From: an uncultured virus (IMG/VR IMGVR_UViG_3300025803_002109)
Taxonomy: Duplodnaviria > Heunggongvirae > Uroviricota > Caudoviricetes
Length of the DNA: 20,000 nucleotides
IMG/VR virus record: IMGVR_UViG_3300025803_002109
Reading direction: 5' to 3' (one strand)
Positions within the stretch are counted from its first letter, which is position 1. Each line of letters opens with the position of its first letter. Both the position numbers and the translations under genes were made by a program. Below the pieces are notes generated by a model that had not been told where the DNA came from, made no database searches, and was given only the letters and a program-made list of their open reading frames with translations. Positions 15,400 through 20,000 of this stretch are shown here, one piece after another.

Positions 15400-15849
15400 A
15401 TGGCAAATCAAGATCCACAGCCAGAAATTTACACAACCACGCATACCTTTGATGCGTCCGGTGGTGCAATTGCGGCATTTACAAGTTCAACCGTAAGTAT
15501 ATTTACAAATCAAGCAAACAACGAAGAAGTTAGACTATACGCTATTGCCGTAGAAGTTCAAGACAATACTACTGGTGCAGCGGCTACTACTGCTTATGAT
15601 TTTAGCGTAACAATTGGTGTCGGACCAAATAACGTTCCTTCCAATTCTTTTGATATTGGTTGGTTGCACAATAACATTGCTAATGGAGGTCAAGTTTTGG
15701 CTTTCTCCTCCCCAGTATTGGCTTTATTCCAACAACCACTTCAAATTACTGTAACTAATAACACACAAATAGCGGCTCCATTAGAGCGAAGTGTGAAAGT
15801 TTCATTGATTGGTGAGTTAGCAATTCAAAAGATTGCTGCTCGTTATTGA
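15400..15849 (+). CDS. All-beta protein, putative jelly-roll vertex/penton or minor capsid protein
   Basis: Strand pattern VRLYAIAVEV, FSVTIGV, LAFSSPVLAL, LQITVTN, VKVSLIGEL parallels the capsid paralogs; GTG 15391 lies inside the RBS, so ATG 15400 is used. Confidence 0.55.
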   Translation: MANQDPQPEIYTTTHTFDASGGAIAAFTSSTVSIFTNQANNEEVRLYAIAVEVQDNTTGAAATTAYDFSVTIGVGPNNVPSNSFDIGWLHNNIANGGQVLAFSSPVLALFQQPLQITVTNNTQIAAPLERSVKVSLIGELAIQKIAARY

Positions 15850-15875
15850 TTTATAAACTATTATAGTCAGAACCT

Positions 15876-15883
15876 TTAGATAG
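15876..15883 (+). promoter_or_regulatory. Promoter variant TTAGATAG
   Basis: One mismatch to the consensus; 38 nt before ATG 15914. Confidence 0.4.
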
Positions 15884-15913
15884 TGGGATAGCGTAAGCCA
15901 TATTGGTAATAAC

Positions 15914-16636
15914 ATGATTCGCCGACAAGCCTATGAATGGAGAAATGCTGTTCCTGCAGATCATACCGGCAATTATTTTTTAGGACATCCTGTTTTTAAT
16001 CCTTCTACTGGAGTGCGATCTCCTGCCATTCCTGCTGGAAAATATATTGATATTTTTACTGGCGGATACGGAAATAATTTAGATAATACTGCCGATGTAA
16101 GAGCCACACAATTTATAATTATTGATGCCATTGCTGGTTGGGATGGAACTAAAATTGGAATCCCAGGAGGTGGAAACGGAAAACAATCTGCTTTTATAGG
16201 CATTCGAGTAGAAACTACTCGATATTTTCAGAATCCAGACGGAAGTCTGCAAGAGGGTTTACCCACGAGTATTATCCCATTTCCCGACACACTAGGAATT
16301 CCTGGAGGTATTGAATCTGTATTTACTTTTGAAGATTTTGCGGATGGTTTACCTACTCCCGTTTATATTTTACCTGGGCAGACTTGGGGTATAGAATTTT
16401 TATTGCCGGATGGATCCCCCGCATATACTATTGAAAATGATTATGAAATTCATCGAGCCTATGTAAAATATTTATTATTAGAAGACAGTGATGCCGTGGT
16501 TGCCGTAAAATTACTTATGGATGGTATACCAGTCAGTGTAGAAAATATAAATCGTTATAAAAGATCTTTAGTTCGTCAACAGTTATATTTAGATGGAGCA
16601 AATCCTATTCCAGAAGGCACTAGGAGGCTATCTTGA
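15914..16636 (+). CDS. Capsid protein paralog C (divergent, probably minor)
   Basis: RRQAYEW, IFTGGYGNN, ATQFIIIDAI, YFQNPD, PVYILPGQTWGI, AYVKYLL, YKRSL align with A and B. Confidence 0.7.
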   Translation: MIRRQAYEWRNAVPADHTGNYFLGHPVFNPSTGVRSPAIPAGKYIDIFTGGYGNNLDNTADVRATQFIIIDAIAGWDGTKIGIPGGGNGKQSAFIGIRVETTRYFQNPDGSLQEGLPTSIIPFPDTLGIPGGIESVFTFEDFADGLPTPVYILPGQTWGIEFLLPDGSPAYTIENDYEIHRAYVKYLLLEDSDAVVAVKLLMDGIPVSVENINRYKRSLVRQQLYLDGANPIPEGTRRLS

Positions 16637-17379
16637 TGTCTATGAGAAAACAAATTTATCAATGGACTTTAAATGGAAATGGAGCGTATAATTCGGATGA
16701 TTATCCGAATGCGGGTGAAGAAATTTCTATTTTTACCGGAGATTATGGTAACGTTGTTACGGAAGCGAATTTAATACGAGAAGATAGATTTGTAGTCATT
16801 CATCAGTTTGGATCTACGCCGGGAATTGCAGTCCCTTCTATTGGAGGAAGTTTTGTTGCTAGTGGAATAGTTGATGGAACCGACTTAATCGGTTGGGTCC
16901 CTAATGGATTCGTAAATGTTTTTATTAATACTACTGGGTATTTCCAGGATCCTCAAAATTTATTTTCTGGAGGGATCTCGGGTGAAGCCTCGCCATATCC
17001 GGCTACCGCCGCCATTAGACCTACTAATTATCAATTATCTCCTCCCGTTTATGCCTTACCAGATCAAACCTGGGATATAAGAATTACTTTTCTGAATGAT
17101 ATTCATGCCTTTGTGGCTTCTGAAGGGATTACTGATATACCTACTTCTACTGTTTTGGCTCGAGTTTTTGTTCAATACTGGTTATTTGATGGCTCAGATG
17201 CCTTAATCGCTAATAATCTTTTAGATCTAGGAATAGATGTTACTGTAGATAATATAGAATGGTTTCGCCGTCAACTTTTACAAAGAGAAGGATTAGATGA
17301 GGAAACTTGGAAAGATTATTTAGACTTAGCAGAAGCATATCGACATATGGAAGATATGCGAGATGACTATTTATTATAA
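16636..17379 (+). CDS. Capsid protein paralog D (divergent, with an acidic C-terminal helical extension)
   Basis: TGATG overlap and GGAGG RBS; MSMRKQIYQW, INTTGYFQDP, ASPYP, PVYALPDQTWDI, DGSDALIANNLLDLG align with A and B. Confidence 0.7.
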   Translation: MSMRKQIYQWTLNGNGAYNSDDYPNAGEEISIFTGDYGNVVTEANLIREDRFVVIHQFGSTPGIAVPSIGGSFVASGIVDGTDLIGWVPNGFVNVFINTTGYFQDPQNLFSGGISGEASPYPATAAIRPTNYQLSPPVYALPDQTWDIRITFLNDIHAFVASEGITDIPTSTVLARVFVQYWLFDGSDALIANNLLDLGIDVTVDNIEWFRRQLLQREGLDEETWKDYLDLAEAYRHMEDMRDDYLL

Positions 17380-17422
17380 ATAGATTAACCATAAATATAA
17401 TAAAATTCAAGCGTCAGCAGTA

Positions 17423-17430
17423 TTAAATAG
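17423..17430 (+). promoter_or_regulatory. TATA-like promoter TTAAATAG
   Basis: 29 nt before ATG 17452. Confidence 0.75.
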
Positions 17431-17451
17431 TCGGAATGGATAACAATTATT

Positions 17452-18396
17452 ATGACATCCTCTAACGAAGGACAGCGTAACCTAAAGCGTCCGTATCGTA
17501 AAAAAGCCTTTCAAACTGGTTACAGTCAAGCCGGTGAAGCAGTAGCGGCTTATCCGCCGCCTCCATCTTCTTATGGAACCACTGAAAGAGCCGGAACAAA
17601 AGTTATTCGTCCTGGACAAGATCCAGCCACTTTTGATCGTCAAGTAAGACCTGCTGTAGAATTTCAAGATCGTAGTAAATTAATTAATTTTGCTAATTAT
17701 CCTTGGCATTTAGTGCCTAAGCCTAATTCTGCTAACGTAGTAGTTCGCCAACTTTATAATTTCGCTACTGGAGCCGCCTACAATTTGCCAGATTCAGCCT
17801 ATATTGATGCAGTAGTATTGAATGTTTCTGATGTTTACGGTTCAAATTCTTGGACAGATATATCTGGAAATGGTATTTTTCAACCTACTCCAACTGCTTT
17901 TGTTGGTGAAGCCCCTGCCCCTGCTGTGCGATCCGTAACTTCTACGAAATCTCGCCCTCCGTCTGCTAGCACCAATAATAGGAGCAATTCTAACACACCT
18001 TTTCGGTCTTCTACCGTCACGGCTACCAGCCCTACTGTCGGTCAGACTATCAATACTTCGGCTGGTAACAAAGGAGATTATTATCATATTGGCTCTTTTG
18101 GACACACCGAAGCCACCGGAACTGGTGTGCGATATCAAATTTGGATAGACGGACAACTTTTTCAAGAGTGGGCTGATTTCCAATGGTCACCAATCACTCC
18201 AAAAACGGATCAATGGCATTGGGATATGCCCCTAACAGTTACTCAACAAATAGTTTTCCGTGTAATTAATGACACCGGAGCCGCTATTACTACTGGAACT
18301 ACAGAAGGTTGTTTTGTAGGTTGGACTGAACAAAGAGATTATTACCAAGATACTGGTCGTGAACAGAATACTAATGTAGGAACTTCACCGTCTTGA
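17452..18396 (+). CDS. Putative structural protein: basic N-terminal arm, S/T/P-rich insert, C-terminal jelly-roll-like beta domain
   Basis: RNLKRPYRKK arm; strands YYHIGSF, VRYQIWIDG, WHWDMPLTV, IVFRVIN, GCFVGW. Confidence 0.6.
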   Translation: MTSSNEGQRNLKRPYRKKAFQTGYSQAGEAVAAYPPPPSSYGTTERAGTKVIRPGQDPATFDRQVRPAVEFQDRSKLINFANYPWHLVPKPNSANVVVRQLYNFATGAAYNLPDSAYIDAVVLNVSDVYGSNSWTDISGNGIFQPTPTAFVGEAPAPAVRSVTSTKSRPPSASTNNRSNSNTPFRSSTVTATSPTVGQTINTSAGNKGDYYHIGSFGHTEATGTGVRYQIWIDGQLFQEWADFQWSPITPKTDQWHWDMPLTVTQQIVFRVINDTGAAITTGTTEGCFVGWTEQRDYYQDTGREQNTNVGTSPS

Positions 18397-18437
18397 TAGT
18401 TAAAGAGTTAATTTATAATTAATTCAAACGACTACCA

Positions 18438-18445
18438 TTAAATAG
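18438..18445 (+). promoter_or_regulatory. TATA-like promoter TTAAATAG of the fibre gene
   Basis: Exact motif; AGGTG RBS at 18481-18485 precedes ATG 18491. Confidence 0.7.
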
Positions 18446-18490
18446 CAGGGATTACAATTAATAACTGTAGCGTATCGCTTAGGTGTTTTT

Positions 18491-20000
18491 ATGTCCGGAA
18501 TTATTCCCAATAAATATACAGGTTCCGATGCCGGAGGAACTACAACTAGTTTCAATCTAACAGTGAAAGAAATTGACGGAATACCTACTGTTTCCGGAGT
18601 GACTACTATTCAAGTTAGTAATGGAACCTTAGTTGATGATGGCGGTGGCACAGTAACTATTACTACTTCTGGAGGGGGCGGTGCGGTGCCTGGTGGAGCC
18701 CAATATGATGTGCAATTAAATGATGGTGCTGGAGGTTTTACTGGTTCTAATGATTTTTCCTATAATTCTGCTACTAATGTGCTAGATGTAAATGGTAAAA
18801 TTACCATGAATAATATCATCGAAGACACTACTGGTGTAGATTTTGCACCCGTAGCCGCCAATCCAGGAACTACTGCTACTGAAACTTTATGGGTTTCTTC
18901 GGCCGACAACGAACTTTATTTCGGATCTGATCGAGTTCTTAACAATGGTTCTACTTTTTCTTTATTTAATGTCATAGATGATTTGGCCTCTTCAATTCAA
19001 TTAGACCGCACTCAACCGGTTTTGACTGATTTTACTTTTACCGGTGGCACTGGGATTTCCACTAGCCTAGCCGCCGGTCCAGTCCTAACTATTACAAATA
19101 CTGGTGTTACTTCTATAGTCGCTGGATCTGGAATAACTATTTCGGGTGCTACTGGAGCCGTTACTATTTCAGCCACTACTTCTGGAACGGTCACTTCGGT
19201 TGGATTAACTATGCCCGCCGATTTCAGCGTAGCCGGATCTCCAGTTACTACTGCCGGAACTTTAGCCGTTACTTATGCGACTCAATCCGCTAATACCGTT
19301 CTCGCTGGTCCAACTGCTGGTGCTGCCGCTACGCCTACTTTTAGGGCTTTAGTAGATGACGACATTCCAGCCACTCTTATGAGAAATTTTACCGTAGCCG
19401 CTAATTCGGGGGCTTCTTCTCCTTCTACTATGTCAGACGGAGATCTTCTCGAAATCTTTGGATCCACGACAGCGGGTTCTGGTTCCGCAGATCTCAATGG
19501 GGTCTTGGATACACAATTAAATGCGGCTCGACAATTGACAGTAGAAACTCGTTTAATGACGGGTGCGACTGGCGTTAGTGATGGTGCTACTGGATTTGCA
19601 CCCAAAGCCTTGACGGGTGAACAAGATTATTATTTGTCTGGTGATGCAACTTGGAAAGCCGTTCCTGTATCTTATTCTTGGATAGTTTCTGATGGAGTAA
19701 CTACTGATACTATTACTGATGGAGAAACTGTAACTTTCTCTGGAGTAGCCACACAAACAGTGGCCACCGTAACTGCGGCAGCAGGTCCGACTCCGGCTGA
19801 TGTAGCCTTTGGACTAGCCACAACTGCGGTCACTCCAGGATCTTATACAAATACTAACTTAACCGTAGATAACTTTGGAAGAATTACGGCTGCTTCCAGT
19901 GGAACTGGTGCACCGGGAACTGTTACTGATATTACTTTTGAAGATGATAGCGGAAATACCGACACCATCACTACTACTGGAACGATTCAAATTGCGGGCG
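18491..20000 (+). CDS. Fibre/spike (receptor-binding) protein, >503 aa, open at the window end; absent from the ORF track
   Basis: Manual translation MSGIIPNKYTGSDAGG... shows no stop to 20000. T/G/S/A-rich, with fibre-type motifs PGGAQYDVQLNDGAGGFTG, GTVTSVGLTMPADFSVAGSPVTTAGTLAVT, YLSGDATW and TAVTPGSYTNTNLTVDNFGRITAASSG. Confidence 0.85.
   Translation, partial: MSGIIPNKYTGSDAGGTTTSFNLTVKEIDGIPTVSGVTTIQVSNGTLVDDGGGTVTITTSGGGGAVPGGAQYDVQLNDGAGGFTGSNDFSYNSATNVLDVNGKITMNNIIEDTTGVDFAPVAANPGTTATETLWVSSADNELYFGSDRVLNNGSTFSLFNVIDDLASSIQLDRTQPVLTDFTFTGGTGISTSLAAGPVLTITNTGVTSIVAGSGITISGATGAVTISATTSGTVTSVGLTMPADFSVAGSPVTTAGTLAVTYATQSANTVLAGPTAGAAATPTFRALVDDDIPATLMRNFTVAANSGASSPSTMSDGDLLEIFGSTTAGSGSADLNGVLDTQLNAARQLTVETRLMTGATGVSDGATGFAPKALTGEQDYYLSGDATWKAVPVSYSWIVSDGVTTDTITDGETVTFSGVATQTVATVTAAAGPTPADVAFGLATTAVTPGSYTNTNLTVDNFGRITAASSGTGAPGTVTDITFEDDSGNTDTITTTGTIQIAG

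Larger units (their letters stand above)
1..20000 (+). mobile_element. Structural/morphogenesis module of a putative archaeal tailless, membrane-containing virus (genome fragment or provirus)
   Basis: Seen: co-oriented genes, no recognisable cellular genes, four paralogous capsid-like proteins, many small TM proteins, a fibre gene, and archaeal-type promoters and RBS. Inferred: virus type. No integrase, att-tRNA or terminus is visible. Confidence 0.8.

Noticed and set aside
6494..16635. ORF-track GTG/TTG starts at 6494, 13759, 14075, 15391 and 16633
   Set aside because: Each overlaps, precedes or sits too close to the RBS. Downstream ATGs (6503, 13765, 14090, 15400, 16636) fit RBS spacing and, for 6503 and 16636, paralog N-termini.
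1212..19756. All minus-strand ORFs and short alternative-frame plus-strand ORFs in the track (e.g. 5028-5456, 5866-6282, 7724-7930, 19012-19194, 19282-19605, 3046-3264, 11625-11813, 13032-13247)
   Set aside because: They are shadows of longer + strand genes or of the structured intergenic region, and I saw no promoter or RBS for them. Those at 19012-19756 are antisense to the unlisted fibre gene.
1..20000. Tailed (Caudoviricetes) virus, suggested by the fibre motifs
   Set aside because: No recognisable terminase, portal, HK97 capsid, tail tube or tape measure gene, and the many membrane proteins fit a lipid-containing virion better. It cannot be fully excluded from one window.

Overview
AT-rich window with about 28 tightly packed genes, all on the + strand. 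It reads as the virion-morphogenesis region of an archaeal virus (free or integrated). No housekeeping gene is recognisable. Expression signals are archaeal: a conserved TATA-like box TTAARTAG sits 29-30 nt before many ATGs (leaderless mRNAs), and GGTGA/GGAGG Shine-Dalgarno motifs precede internal genes. The window encodes four clearly paralogous ~210-250 aa beta-rich proteins in two tandem pairs (inferred single jelly-roll capsid proteins), two more jelly-roll-like proteins and about 14 predicted membrane proteins. It also encodes one classical AAA+ ATPase, a WGR-domain protein and a long fibre/spike gene (18491 to the window end) that the ORF track missed. Together these suggest a tailless icosahedral virus with an internal membrane, possibly infecting marine Thermoplasmatota (inference). 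The strongest unexplained signal is a recurrent hydrophobic-x-Ala-Glu motif that punctuates the non-capsid proteins, separates soluble parts from membrane anchors and exactly bounds a peptide cassette shared by two genes; this suggests a proteolytic maturation (polyprotein-like) system. Also notable are a candidate kink-turn small RNA after the main capsid pair and an exact 26-bp direct repeat 11.1 kb apart. All family assignments come from motifs read by eye; no database searches were run.
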